Both the position numbers and the translations under genes were made by a program. 64,000 nt of DNA from an uncultured virus (IMG/VR IMGVR_UViG_2923146907_000004) (lineage: Duplodnaviria; Heunggongvirae; Uroviricota; Caudoviricetes), in the IMG/VR virus record IMGVR_UViG_2923146907_000004; one strand, written 5' to 3'. Position 1 is the first letter of the stretch, and each line of letters opens with the position of its first letter. The notes beneath the pieces were generated by a model. The model ran no database searches. It saw nothing but the letters and a program-made list of their open reading frames with translations, and had not been told where the DNA came from. Below, piece by piece: positions 1-8,878 of this stretch.

Positions 1-855
1 TCAGTCGTGCAGGTGTTCGGCGGCGTGCAGGGTATTTTCCAGCAGGCAGGCGCGGGTCATCGGCCCGACGCCGCCCGGCACCGGGGTGATCCAGCTGGCG
101 CGTTGTGCCGCCACCTCGTATTCCACGTCGCCGACCAGGCGGCCGTCGGCCTGGCGGTTGATGCCGACGTCGATGACGATGGCGCCTTCCTTGATCCACT
201 CGCCCTTGACCAGTCCCGGCTTGCCGGCAGCGACCACCACCAGGTCGGCGCGCGACACATGGTCGGCCAGGTCGCGGGTGAAGCGGTGGGTCACGGTGAC
301 GGTGCAGCCACCCAGCAGCAACTCCAGAGCCATGGGGCGGCCGACGATGTTCGAGGCGCCGACCACGACCGCATCCATGCCGTACAGGTCGGCGCCGGTG
401 CTGGCGAGCAGGGTCATGATGCCTTTCGGGGTGCAGGGGCGCAGGAGGGGCATGCGCTGGGCCAGGCGGCCGATGTTGTAGGGATGGAAACCGTCCACGT
501 CCTTGTCCGGGTGGATGCGCTCCAGCAGCAGGGAGGCGTCCAGGTGGGCGGGCAGGGGTAGCTGGACCAGGATGCCGTCGATGGCGGGATCGTCGTTCAG
601 GCGGTCGATCAGGGCCAGCAGGTCGTCCTGGCTGGTTTCGGCGGGAAGATCGTAGGCCTGGGAGAGAAAGCCGACTTCCTCGCAGTCCTTGCGCTTGTGC
701 GCCACATAGACCTGAGAGGCCGGATCGGTGCCGACCAGGATCACCGCCAGGCCGGGAACGCGCAGGCCTTGCTGGCGGCGCTCGGTCACGCGTTGGGCTA
801 TCTGCTGGCGAAGGTTGGCGGCGATCGCTTTGCCGTCGATCAGTTGTGCGGTCAT
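1..855 (-). CDS. folD: Bifunctional methylenetetrahydrofolate dehydrogenase/cyclohydrolase
   Basis: MTAQLIDGK start; [14 protein letters not shown] and [11 protein letters not shown] motifs. Confidence 0.98.
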
Positions 856-987
856 GTCGGAAGGGTAACCATCGAATCGGGTGGAAAAAGGACGCGCATT
901 TTCGCATGGACGCCGCCCGGGGCAAAGGAGGCGACCCGCGGATTTGCCGTAACTCCTTTATATAGCTGAATTTTTTTAAAAAACCCG

Positions 988-1016
988 TTGACGGCCTTTC
1001 GCCCCCTGTATAACAT
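988..1016 (+). promoter_or_regulatory. Sigma70 promoter of the tRNA operon
   Basis: TTGACG-17 bp-TAACAT, AT-rich UP element upstream, GC-rich discriminator downstream. Confidence 0.75.
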
Positions 1017-1133
1017 GCGCCCCGCTTGCCGAGCACAGCCGGACGCAGGGTAAGAGGTAAAGCAAGTCGGTTGCTGACTTTGTGATTGCCAGAGCTTAAA
1101 GTTTGCGCTCAGCATTGAATGCAGATGAATAAA

Positions 1134-1210
1134 GCGCCCGTAGCTCAGCTGGATAGAGCATCCGCCTTCTAAGCGGATGGTCGCAGGTTCGAGTCCTGCC
1201 GGGTGCGCCA
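1134..1210 (+). tRNA. tRNA-Arg(TCT)
   Basis: Cloverleaf; anticodon arm TCCGC-CTTCTAA-GCGGA; GTTCGAG T-loop; encoded CCA. Confidence 0.97.
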
Positions 1211-1260
1211 TTCGGCGAATCGGCAAGAAGCAGGCGATGTTTTACCGCAAGTCGTAATAT

Positions 1261-1337
1261 GGTGGGCGTAGCTCAGTTGGTAGAGCACAGGATTGTGGCT
1301 CCTGGTGTCGTGGGTTCGATTCCCATCGTCCACCCCA
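1261..1337 (+). tRNA. tRNA-His(GTG)
   Basis: G-1; anticodon arm CAGGA-TTGTGGC-TCCTG; GTTCGAT; encoded CCA. Confidence 0.97.
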
Positions 1338-1347
1338 TATTCCGAAG

Positions 1348-1372
1348 CGCCAGGCCCGGGGCCTGGCGTTTT
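1348..1372 (+). terminator. Terminator-like or processing hairpin in tRNA spacer
   Basis: CGCCAGGCC-cgg-GGCCTGGCG followed by TTTT. Confidence 0.55.
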
Positions 1373-1391
1373 CATTTCCAAGCAGTGTCCC

Positions 1392-1476
1392 GCGGACGTG
1401 GTGGAATTGGTAGACACACTGGATTTAGGTTCCAGCGCCGCAAGGCGTGAGAGTTCGAGTCTCTCCGTCCGCACCA
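1392..1476 (+). tRNA. tRNA-Leu(TAG); probable prophage attachment site at 3' end
   Basis: 85 nt with long variable arm; CTGGA-TTTAGGT-TCCAG; CCA; integrase follows immediately. Confidence 0.96.
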
Positions 1477-1483
1477 TACTTCT

Positions 1484-1640
1484 CTTTCGCTATCCTTCGC
1501 GATCCTTCGCAAGCGCAGTAACTCCGGGGCTTTCAGCCGATTAGTCTCTTCCGTTGGCTTCCGCCACAATTCGCCACCAGCCGCGTTTTTTTAGTACATT
1601 CCTTAGTACATCTGAATTTGGTTTTTCCGGGAATGTACTA
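1484..1640. promoter_or_regulatory. attL arm region: integrase arm-type sites and phased repeats
   Basis: TTAGTACAT direct repeats at 1591 and 1603, inverted copy at 1632-1640; 10-bp-phased ATCCTTCGC/TTTCGC repeats at 1484-1510. Confidence 0.65.
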
Positions 1641-2875
1641 TGCCGCTCACGGATACTGCTGTCCGCCAGGCAAAAGCAGAAGCTAAAGACTACACCCTCG
1701 CCGACATTGACGGCCTCTCTCTCTTCGTTTCTCACAAGGGCACCAAAAGCTGGCACTTCCGCTTTTCGTTGAATGGCCAGCAGAAGCGAGTGTCGCTTGG
1801 GACGTATCCCGAGTTGAGCCTGCGTGATGCCCGGCAGCGCCGTGACGAGGCACGTTCGTTGGTGGCCCAAGGTATCGATCCGCGGGGGCAGCATCGAGCG
1901 GACCGGAAGACGGTCAGCGTCGAGGAGACGTTTCGACACGTGGCTGAACAGTGGCTGGAGTTGAAACAGGGGCGCTGGGCGGACGATAGCCGGAAAGGCA
2001 GCGCAAACCAGGCGCGCAGAGTACTGGACAATGACCTATACCCGGCCCTGGCGAACATGAAGTTTCGCGAAATTCACCGTCGTGACCTGGCTGCGGTTGT
2101 CGGAGCCATCGAGCGCCGGGGAGCGCTGCACGTCGCGGAGAAGGCGCGGAGTTGGTTACGCCAGATCTTCCGCGTTGGGATCGCGGCCGGATTACGAGAG
2201 GACAACCCTGCCTCGGACCTGGACATTCTGGCGAAAGAACAGCCGCCGACTGAGCACAATCCGATTCTTGCGCATGATGGCGAAGAGCTTCCAGCCCTTC
2301 TTGTGAGACTGCGGTCTTACCAAGGGTCCGAGATCACAAGGATCGCCGTTCGTCTGATGCTTCTGACCGCGGTACGTACGATTGAGCTTCGAAAGGCTGC
2401 GCCGGCAGACTTCGATCTAGAAAAGGGGATATGGACTGTCCCGCCCGGAAGGGTGAAGCAATTGCGCGGCAAGGTGCGCAAGGACGGGGAAGAGGTGCCT
2501 CCGTACATCGTGCCGCTGTCGCGGCAAGCGATTGAGGAGGTCAGGCGGTTGCTGCAGAAGACGGGAAAATACCCGTTCGCGTTCGCAGGTCGAAATGATC
2601 CGACGAAGATGATGAGCGAGAACACCATCAACCAGGCGATCAAGCGCCTTGGGTTCGATGGGCTGCTGACTGGTCATGGGTTGCGAGGGACTTTCTCCAC
2701 TGCGCTGCATGAAATGGGCTACGACACGACGTTGATCGAGGGCCAGCTTTCCCATGCCGATCCCAACAAGACGCGGGCGGCATACAACCATGCCGCGCAC
2801 GTTGAGCGTCGAAGGGCGATGATGCAAGACTGGGCTGATTATCTTGATCGGTTGGAGCAGGCTGCCCCGGAGTGA
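1640..2875 (+). CDS. int: P4-like tyrosine integrase
   Basis: Arm-binding N-terminus (GLSLFV, SLGTYPELSL); catalytic R, HGLR, LSH, AYN. Confidence 0.96.
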   Translation: MPLTDTAVRQAKAEAKDYTLADIDGLSLFVSHKGTKSWHFRFSLNGQQKRVSLGTYPELSLRDARQRRDEARSLVAQGIDPRGQHRADRKTVSVEETFRHVAEQWLELKQGRWADDSRKGSANQARRVLDNDLYPALANMKFREIHRRDLAAVVGAIERRGALHVAEKARSWLRQIFRVGIAAGLREDNPASDLDILAKEQPPTEHNPILAHDGEELPALLVRLRSYQGSEITRIAVRLMLLTAVRTIELRKAAPADFDLEKGIWTVPPGRVKQLRGKVRKDGEEVPPYIVPLSRQAIEEVRRLLQKTGKYPFAFAGRNDPTKMMSENTINQAIKRLGFDGLLTGHGLRGTFSTALHEMGYDTTLIEGQLSHADPNKTRAAYNHAAHVERRRAMMQDWADYLDRLEQAAPE

Positions 2876-3109
2876 TCACTCCGGGGCTCCCGCTTCGTTT
2901 GCCGGCGCCGGCGGCGTCCAGGTTCCGTTGCAGTACTGGTCGATTTCAACCTCTGCCCAGCGAGTGGCGCGGCCAAACTTGCGCCCTTTGGGGAAGTCCC
3001 CTTTCTTCATATGGTCGTAGATGAACGTGGTACCCATCCCCGTTCTCAACTTGACCATATTCAAGTCGATGAAGCGGGGGACGTCTTGGTGCTGCTGGGT
3101 GTTGCGCAT
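2876..3109 (-). CDS. AlpA-family excisionase/regulator
   Basis: FIDLNMVKLRTGMGTTFIY..GDFPK..RW AlpA signature; convergent with int. Confidence 0.85.
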   Translation of the reverse strand: MRNTQQHQDVPRFIDLNMVKLRTGMGTTFIYDHMKKGDFPKGRKFGRATRWAEVEIDQYCNGTWTPPAPANEAGAPE

Positions 3110-3483
3110 AGAGATACCTCCCGGGTCCATTGATACGGACCGGGTGAAAGTTGGGTTTCGAGGTAACGGTTAGTCAGTACCGGCCCGGCCGGAAACGGCG
3201 TTCCCGGCAGGATGCCCAGGGCGTCGGTGGCGCGTTGGACGATGTTGAGCGCCACTTGCAGCGCCGCCGCGTCGTCTTGCATTCGCATGAGCGCGGTCAT
3301 CTTGGGCCGGTGCTCGGCACACACTCTGTCGCGAAGCTGACCGGCGGCGCGGCGAACAGCGTCGGCCGTGCCGTGGTGCTGGAGCACCAGGGCCATGACC
3401 AGTACCACGTCGACGCTGTGCATTTGCATCGTTGTGGTCCGCAGGAGCCAGCGGGGAAGGGCGATGCCTGGTTTCTGCTTCAT
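3061..3483 (-). CDS. Phage hypothetical protein
   Basis: ATGA coupling to upstream ORF; 3' end overlaps the excisionase start. Confidence 0.6.
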   Translation of the reverse strand: MKQKPGIALPRWLLRTTTMQMHSVDVVLVMALVLQHHGTADAVRRAAGQLRDRVCAEHRPKMTALMRMQDDAAALQVALNIVQRATDALGILPGTPFPAGPVLTNRYLETQLSPGPYQWTREVSLCATPSSTKTSPASST

Positions 3484-3602
3484 CCGAAGCACCCCGTCTG
3501 CCAGGCCGCCAGCGTGCGGAGGATCGGGAATACCTCCGCTGCGAACACTGCGGCCAGGCCCAGGGTGGCGATCAGTCCGAGGGCGGTCAGCGCTCTACGC
3601 AT
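3480..3602 (-). CDS. Small hydrophobic protein, 40 aa (not in ORF track)
   Basis: Hand translation MRRALTALGLIATLGLAAVFAAEVFPILRTLAAWQTGCFG; overlaps neighbours at both ends. Confidence 0.65.
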   Translation of the reverse strand: MRRALTALGLIATLGLAAVFAAEVFPILRTLAAWQTGCFG

Positions 3603-4173
3603 CGCTTGGTCCTCCCTGACTCGCCGCTGCCCGGTCAAGGCGCTCGATCTCGGCCAGCCCGAGGGCGCAGGCCTTTACCAAGTCGCGTCGTGTGGTGCTC
3701 GGCTTCCACCACTGTTCATCCCAGGGCCATGCGAGCGACACCAGCAGGGCAGCGGTTCCATCGTTCGGAGCGCTGGAGCCGGCCAGGGCGTAGCAGGCGG
3801 CGGCGCGGGCCATCTGGCCGTAGCTGTGCGCATCGTCATGCTCCGGCGTCCAGCCCTCTGCCTCGATCTGCCGCCGTCGCTCGGCCTGAACGTCGAGCCA
3901 TGCCTGCGGCACCTGCCCAGCCTGGTCGGTCCGGTGGTGGGCGAAGCTGATAGTCCCGCCGAGCTTCAACACCTGCACTGCGAGGGCATCGACATTGGCC
4001 AGGGCGGCGTCGCGCTCCTCCCTGAGCACCTGGTTTTCGGCTTTTTCGAGTATCAGGTCAGCAATTGCGCGCAGCACAGGATCAACGCCGGGATACTTGG
4101 TGAACCCCAGCAGTGCGATGATCGCGCTGATGTCGGCGGCCGCGGCGTCGAAGGCTGATTTGTAGTCATTCAT
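3595..4173 (-). CDS. Ead/Ea22-like phage protein
   Basis: Short coiled coil plus DVQAERRRQIEAEGWTPEHDD...RRDLVKA..AEIERLDR module. Confidence 0.75.
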   Translation of the reverse strand: MNDYKSAFDAAAADISAIIALLGFTKYPGVDPVLRAIADLILEKAENQVLREERDAALANVDALAVQVLKLGGTISFAHHRTDQAGQVPQAWLDVQAERRRQIEAEGWTPEHDDAHSYGQMARAAACYALAGSSAPNDGTAALLVSLAWPWDEQWWKPSTTRRDLVKACALGLAEIERLDRAAASQGGPSDA

Positions 4174-4549
4174 CTGTAGAAGCTCCGGGCGTTGGCGGGG
4201 TAGCTATCCGTCCACGCTGTAGGTCGCTCGCGTGGATGCTGTACTTACGCGCATTGCCCTCGTAGTGCTCCTGAAGCGAGCGAAGGGCTCGTGCCAGCGT
4301 TTTGTCCTGGGCGGTGTGCAGCCAGGGGGATCGGGTTCCGTATCCCGCGCTGCTCACTTCGTAGCGGGGCTTGCCGGAACCGGCGTAGTCGTCACGCCGC
4401 TCCACGCGCAGCGTCGAGAGCCGGTTGGAGCCGCTGGACTGGATGCCGGTGGCGACCAACAGCTTTTCGCTGCTGCGGCTCGCATGAACCGTCCAGTTGT
4501 AGCCGGGCATGATCTTGACCAGCTCGGCCCTGAATTGGGATTGCTTCAT
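4166..4549 (-). CDS. Phage hypothetical protein
   Basis: Tiles within the early operon; start MKQSQFR. Confidence 0.7.
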   Translation of the reverse strand: MKQSQFRAELVKIMPGYNWTVHASRSSEKLLVATGIQSSGSNRLSTLRVERRDDYAGSGKPRYEVSSAGYGTRSPWLHTAQDKTLARALRSLQEHYEGNARKYSIHASDLQRGRIATPPTPGASTDE

Positions 4550-4550
4550 T

Positions 4551-6305
4551 TCAGTCACCCATCGCGCCGTGGCCAGCGCATTCGCCGTTGCAGCCGTGTT
4601 CCATGCATTCCGGGCACGGCTCACCGTCATCTTCCTGGTCGTCGCTTTTGATGAGGACCAGGCGTCCGCCACAGTGGTGACAGAACAGCGCGCCGTTCTC
4701 TGCTGGTCCGTCCTCAATGAAGCTCCAGGTCTGGCCGCAACCTGTTTCCCAGATGCCGCTGCTTTCGGTCCATTTGCACGACGGGGATGCCGAACTGGTC
4801 GGCGCGTGCGACAGGGCGGCGCGGGCTACGTCTACGTGCTCGCGCTCCTGCTCGGCGAGATACTTCCAGTGTTCCGCCTCCGGCCAGGGGGAGGGAACGA
4901 CCACGGCGCCAACCGCGATCCCTTCAGGCATTGGCAGGGCGTTCAGCTCGGCGGCATGTTTCTCCGCGTCTTCGCGGCTGAATGCTGCGTACAGTTCGTC
5001 CGGCCCCTGGGCATGCACAGCCCAAAGCTCCGGCTGCTCCGCCTCTGCCTGCTCGGCCTGCGCCAGGGAGGGTTGCGCGCAGTCAGGGCAATCCTTCACG
5101 CACTTCACGGGGCCGTTTTCGAAGGGCGTGCCGTCCGGGTAGAAGTTAATCTCGCCGTCATCGACAAAGCCACTGCCGTTGCAGGCCGCGCACTTTGGGG
5201 AGGGTTGCGCCGTCGTTGGCTCCTCATCCAGCAAGACGCAGCCTTCCTCGGGGTATTCGGCGCACCAGGCGTATAGGCCTGCTTCGAGGAAATCGGCATC
5301 CTGCTGGCGCCACTCGATGCGGGCCTCGCTTTCCAGTTGCTTGACAGTGCCATCCGGCGCGATGAATTCCAGGGCGGCGCGCAACTGGTATCCGTTGATC
5401 AAGAGGCTCGAACGCACCGGGGAGGGTTGCGCCAGGGCGGCGCGGGCTTGCCACGCGGCCCAGCAGCGTTGCGTCAAGGGGTCATCGTAGACGAACTGAC
5501 CGAAGCAGGCGGCTTCGAGATAGCGCTCGTCGGCGAAGGTTTCGCCATCCAACTGAGGCGGGAGGTCAAAGGTGTGCATCCACGCCTCGAACTCCTCGCG
5601 CTCATCCCCGCCTGCCTGCTCTACCAATGCAGGCGAGTCACGAAGCGGTGTGCCGGCCAGGCCCTTGGCGGCCAGGTAGTTGGTGGCGCGCGCCACCAGG
5701 TTGCTTTCCGGGGCATGCCGCTTCAGGGAACTGGCCAGCATGCGAACCAGCATTGCTAGTTCCTGGGTGCGTTGTCCCTCGGCGCGGCCGATGTCGTAGA
5801 ACGGACGAAGCCAGTGATCCGCCGCCGGCGGCTGGCTGGCCTGGGCGCCGAAGGCCAGCGCGCCGGTGATGGCGTCTGCGATGACCTGGCGCTGGTCGAT
5901 TGCCGACTGGGCAGGCATGTCATTGCCGTGCGCATTGCAAATCGCCGCCATGTTGCGTAGAGACTCCAGCAACTCTTCCTTGTCAGGGTTTATTCCGGTG
6001 TCATGGCCGATGGCTTCCCATGCTTCCAGTACCGTGATCACCTCCGACCGGAAACCGGAGTACCAGAGTTTCACGGCATCTTCCTTGGCGAGCGGGTAGC
6101 TGAGGCCTGCGGCGATCAACTGGTCTTCGGACGGCGGCGCCTGGTCATTGATGAGGGCCAGCAGGCTCTCGGCTGAGGAGTGAACGTCGTCGAGGTCCGT
6201 TGACCAGCGCTGCGGGCTGGTCTCGTGGATGTTGTCCAGGGCTTCGACGATGCCGCGCAGGCGGATGGTGCACTGCTCGATCAGTTGGTGTTGGGTAGAG
6301 GACAT
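4551..6305 (-). CDS. Mosaic multi-module early protein (Ea22-like region)
   Basis: 584-aa ORF with GGAG RBS; repeated ARAAL and AQPS linkers; several CxxC motifs. Confidence 0.75.
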   Translation of the reverse strand: MSSTQHQLIEQCTIRLRGIVEALDNIHETSPQRWSTDLDDVHSSAESLLALINDQAPPSEDQLIAAGLSYPLAKEDAVKLWYSGFRSEVITVLEAWEAIGHDTGINPDKEELLESLRNMAAICNAHGNDMPAQSAIDQRQVIADAITGALAFGAQASQPPAADHWLRPFYDIGRAEGQRTQELAMLVRMLASSLKRHAPESNLVARATNYLAAKGLAGTPLRDSPALVEQAGGDEREEFEAWMHTFDLPPQLDGETFADERYLEAACFGQFVYDDPLTQRCWAAWQARAALAQPSPVRSSLLINGYQLRAALEFIAPDGTVKQLESEARIEWRQQDADFLEAGLYAWCAEYPEEGCVLLDEEPTTAQPSPKCAACNGSGFVDDGEINFYPDGTPFENGPVKCVKDCPDCAQPSLAQAEQAEAEQPELWAVHAQGPDELYAAFSREDAEKHAAELNALPMPEGIAVGAVVVPSPWPEAEHWKYLAEQEREHVDVARAALSHAPTSSASPSCKWTESSGIWETGCGQTWSFIEDGPAENGALFCHHCGGRLVLIKSDDQEDDGEPCPECMEHGCNGECAGHGAMGD

Positions 6306-6406
6306 GGTGGTGTCTCCGGTTGCTCCGGCGCCGGCGGCCGGCAGCGGAAGCATTTGCACAGGCCTATCCGTTGGCCCGTGGTGCGGCAGATGGTGGGGCG
6401 GTTCAT
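6281..6406 (-). CDS. Small Cys-rich protein
   Basis: MNRPTICRTTGQRIGLCKCFRC; fills the operon gap. Confidence 0.5.
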   Translation of the reverse strand: MNRPTICRTTGQRIGLCKCFRCRPPAPEQPETPPCPLPNTN

Positions 6407-6414
6407 TGCGGTGC

Positions 6415-8181
6415 TCAGGTAAGTTCGAACGGCGGTTGCTGGTGAATCGGGGTTGGATGGCTGGTGCGCGGAACCTTGACGCCGTGATCGGCGAGGAAGC
6501 GCTGGGCGAGTTGGCGCAGTTGGTTCTCGCCAAGGTCGCGGCGTTCTACCAGGTGCTCGCCTGGGTTGCGCACGCCCTCGATCTGCTCGAGCTTGACCCC
6601 CAGAACGTCGGAGACGATCGGGTCGCTTCCCTCGTTGGAGATCAGGAAGAACGCTTGCACAGGCTCGCGCTGGCCGTCGCGGTGTATCCGGCCGATGCAT
6701 TGCTCATGCACGCCCGGCGACCAGTCGAGTTCGCCGAACACCACCGTGCTGCAGGCGTGTTGCAGGCCATCGATGCCTGCGCCGGCGCGTAGGCTGATCA
6801 GCATCAGGCGGCTGTCGCCGGCGACAAATGCGTCCTTCGCGGCCTGTTTCTCCTTTGGCGACTCGGTGCCGGTGTACATGACGGGGTTGTAGTCGGCCAA
6901 CTTCTCCCGCCAGATGCTGTAGACCTCACGGTGCCAGCCGAACAGGAGCACCTGCTGTCCGCTTTCCAGTAGCAGGCGGACGAACTCCGCGACGTATGGC
7001 GCCTTCGCGACGCCAGTGGCTTGGCGCACCAACTGGTCGAACTCGCCGGCCGCACGCATCTTCTCGCCGCGGTAGGCCTCGTTGTGAGCCAGGATGGTCT
7101 TGGCCAGTGCTACCGCGTCGCCGGTGATCCGCTCCAGGGCCGCGCCGTCCGACTCGATCTCGTGCGGGATCTTCGAGAGCGCCGGAAGTTCTCGGCCGAC
7201 CTCGGCCCGGGTGCGCCGGAGCATGATTCCCTCCCGACGCAGGTAGGCGCCGAACTGCTCGGCGTCCTTCAGGCGTGGTTTTTCGCCAACGCTGCCGCCC
7301 ACGCACCACTCGCGCAGGAACTCGTCGTAACTGCCCAGGCAGTCCGGGATCAGTGGGTTGACGACGTGGTAGAACTCGGAGCCGTAGTTGTAGATGGGCG
7401 TCGCGGTCAGGCCCATCCGCAGGCGTGCCTGCCCCGCCAAGTACTCGCAGGCCTGGTAGATATTGCTGCTTGGGTTCCTGAGCTGCTGGCATTCCTCGAA
7501 GACCACGTACTGCACGATCTCGCCCAGGACATCGGCCCAGCCCCTGAGCTTGTGATAGCTGACAAGAATCACGTCGGGCAGCGTGTCCCAGAGGTCCGGG
7601 ATGCGCTGGCGTGGCTGGCGGACCAGCGGGTAGGGTTGGCCCTTGCGGATGTGATGCACGCGCAGGTTCGGAGCGAACTCGGCGAGCTTTTCCGGCCAGT
7701 GGTTCGGGAGGGCGGCAGGGTAGACAACGACCGCCGGCAGGTTGCCGGGTTCCGCCATCGGGCATATCCCAGTGATGGTCTTGCCCAAGCCCAAGTCGTC
7801 CGCCAGCAGCAGGCCGCCGCGGATCGTGACCTGGGCGCCCGCGAAGCGCTGGTACTCGCGCGGCGGCTTGGCCAGCTTGAATGCCGGCATCGGCATCCGC
7901 CCAGCGACCAGTTCGGCCAGGTTCTGCTCCATCTGATGGTGCTGCTGCGCCAACTGCTTGAGCGATTCCTGTGCGTCCGTGTCGATCTCCATTGGGTAGC
8001 GCTGTAGGAACCACAGCAGTTCCCGGCTGTTTTCGGGGCTGCCGAGCAGGTCGATATGCTCACCCGGAGCCTGCGGCACACGCGGAAATACCCGCTTCAA
8101 CCTGGCGCGCACCTGTGGTTCGCATGTGATCCGCCAGTACCGGCCGTTGTAGACGATCCGGCCGTAGGTGGTTGATGTCAT
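6415..8181 (-). CDS. SNF2-family helicase/ATPase
   Basis: LLADDLGLGKT, FEECQ (DExx-like), LTATP, GIDGLQ, QCIGRIHRDGQ. Confidence 0.9.
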   Translation of the reverse strand: MTSTTYGRIVYNGRYWRITCEPQVRARLKRVFPRVPQAPGEHIDLLGSPENSRELLWFLQRYPMEIDTDAQESLKQLAQQHHQMEQNLAELVAGRMPMPAFKLAKPPREYQRFAGAQVTIRGGLLLADDLGLGKTITGICPMAEPGNLPAVVVYPAALPNHWPEKLAEFAPNLRVHHIRKGQPYPLVRQPRQRIPDLWDTLPDVILVSYHKLRGWADVLGEIVQYVVFEECQQLRNPSSNIYQACEYLAGQARLRMGLTATPIYNYGSEFYHVVNPLIPDCLGSYDEFLREWCVGGSVGEKPRLKDAEQFGAYLRREGIMLRRTRAEVGRELPALSKIPHEIESDGAALERITGDAVALAKTILAHNEAYRGEKMRAAGEFDQLVRQATGVAKAPYVAEFVRLLLESGQQVLLFGWHREVYSIWREKLADYNPVMYTGTESPKEKQAAKDAFVAGDSRLMLISLRAGAGIDGLQHACSTVVFGELDWSPGVHEQCIGRIHRDGQREPVQAFFLISNEGSDPIVSDVLGVKLEQIEGVRNPGEHLVERRDLGENQLRQLAQRFLADHGVKVPRTSHPTPIHQQPPFELT

Positions 8182-8558
8182 AGCGTTTGCCTTCTCAGCC
8201 TGACAATGTGGAAGGGCTTGCCCGCCAACTCCGGCCGCTTGGCCATGGCGGTATCGGCCCAGCGTTGAGTGCTGGCGAGCAGCACAGCGTGGACCCGCGG
8301 AAGGGCCAGGTAGCGCTGGCACTGCCGAAGTGCGGCGGCGAGGGAGCCGTCTACTTTCACCTCGATGACGATCCCCTCCAGCCAGAAGTCCGCGCGGTTA
8401 CGTGCGTCGAGCGCCACCTCGCGCTCATGCTCGAAGCCGGCGCCGGTCAGGACGGTGGAGAGAGCCTGGTGAAGCTGTACCTCGCTGCCGTATCGGTAGT
8501 GATACCCGCCCACCAGGGACGCCAGGCGGGACAGGTGCATGTGGTACTCGGCGCTCAT
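8178..8558 (-). CDS. PD-(D/E)XK-like nuclease
   Basis: E..RADF..IEVK..Q..RY restriction-endonuclease-like motif. Confidence 0.65.
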   Translation of the reverse strand: MSAEYHMHLSRLASLVGGYHYRYGSEVQLHQALSTVLTGAGFEHEREVALDARNRADFWLEGIVIEVKVDGSLAAALRQCQRYLALPRVHAVLLASTQRWADTAMAKRPELAGKPFHIVRLRRQTL

Positions 8559-8878
8559 CGTGCATCCTCCGCTGGACCGGTGATGTGCTCCGCGTGCAGA
8601 GCGCGCATTCCCAGGTTGGTGGCCACGGTGAACTCCAGCCTGGCGCCCTTCGAGTCCATCCAGCCCGGCAGCAGGGCGATTGCCTGGCAGGTGAGCAGCT
8701 TCTGCAGGTCGAGCCGCAGGTAGTCGGCCCACTCGAAGCCCGGAATCTCGCCGTGCTCGGCGGGGTTCTCGACCTGGTACCCGAGGCTTCGCAGGCGCGC
8801 GGCTTCGGCGTGGAACGCGGGGAAGTTGTGTTCCGGCAGGCCGGTCATAGGCCCGGCGAGGTAGATGCGCTGGATCAC
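8555..8878 (-). CDS. DUF4406 / nucleoside deoxyribosyltransferase-like protein
   Basis: IYLAGPMTG..N..AF, NPAE, LPGW..SKGA..E. Confidence 0.85.
   Translation of the reverse strand: MIQRIYLAGPMTGLPEHNFPAFHAEAARLRSLGYQVENPAEHGEIPGFEWADYLRLDLQKLLTCQAIALLPGWMDSKGARLEFTVATNLGMRALHAEHITGPAEDAR

Noticed and set aside
1002..1010. CCCCCTGTA resembling the phage late motif
   Set aside because: Lacks the RGG-TT continuation and is simply the spacer of the host tRNA promoter; probably coincidental
852..1569. ORFs overlapping the tRNA cluster
   Set aside because: They are translations of tRNA genes and their promoter
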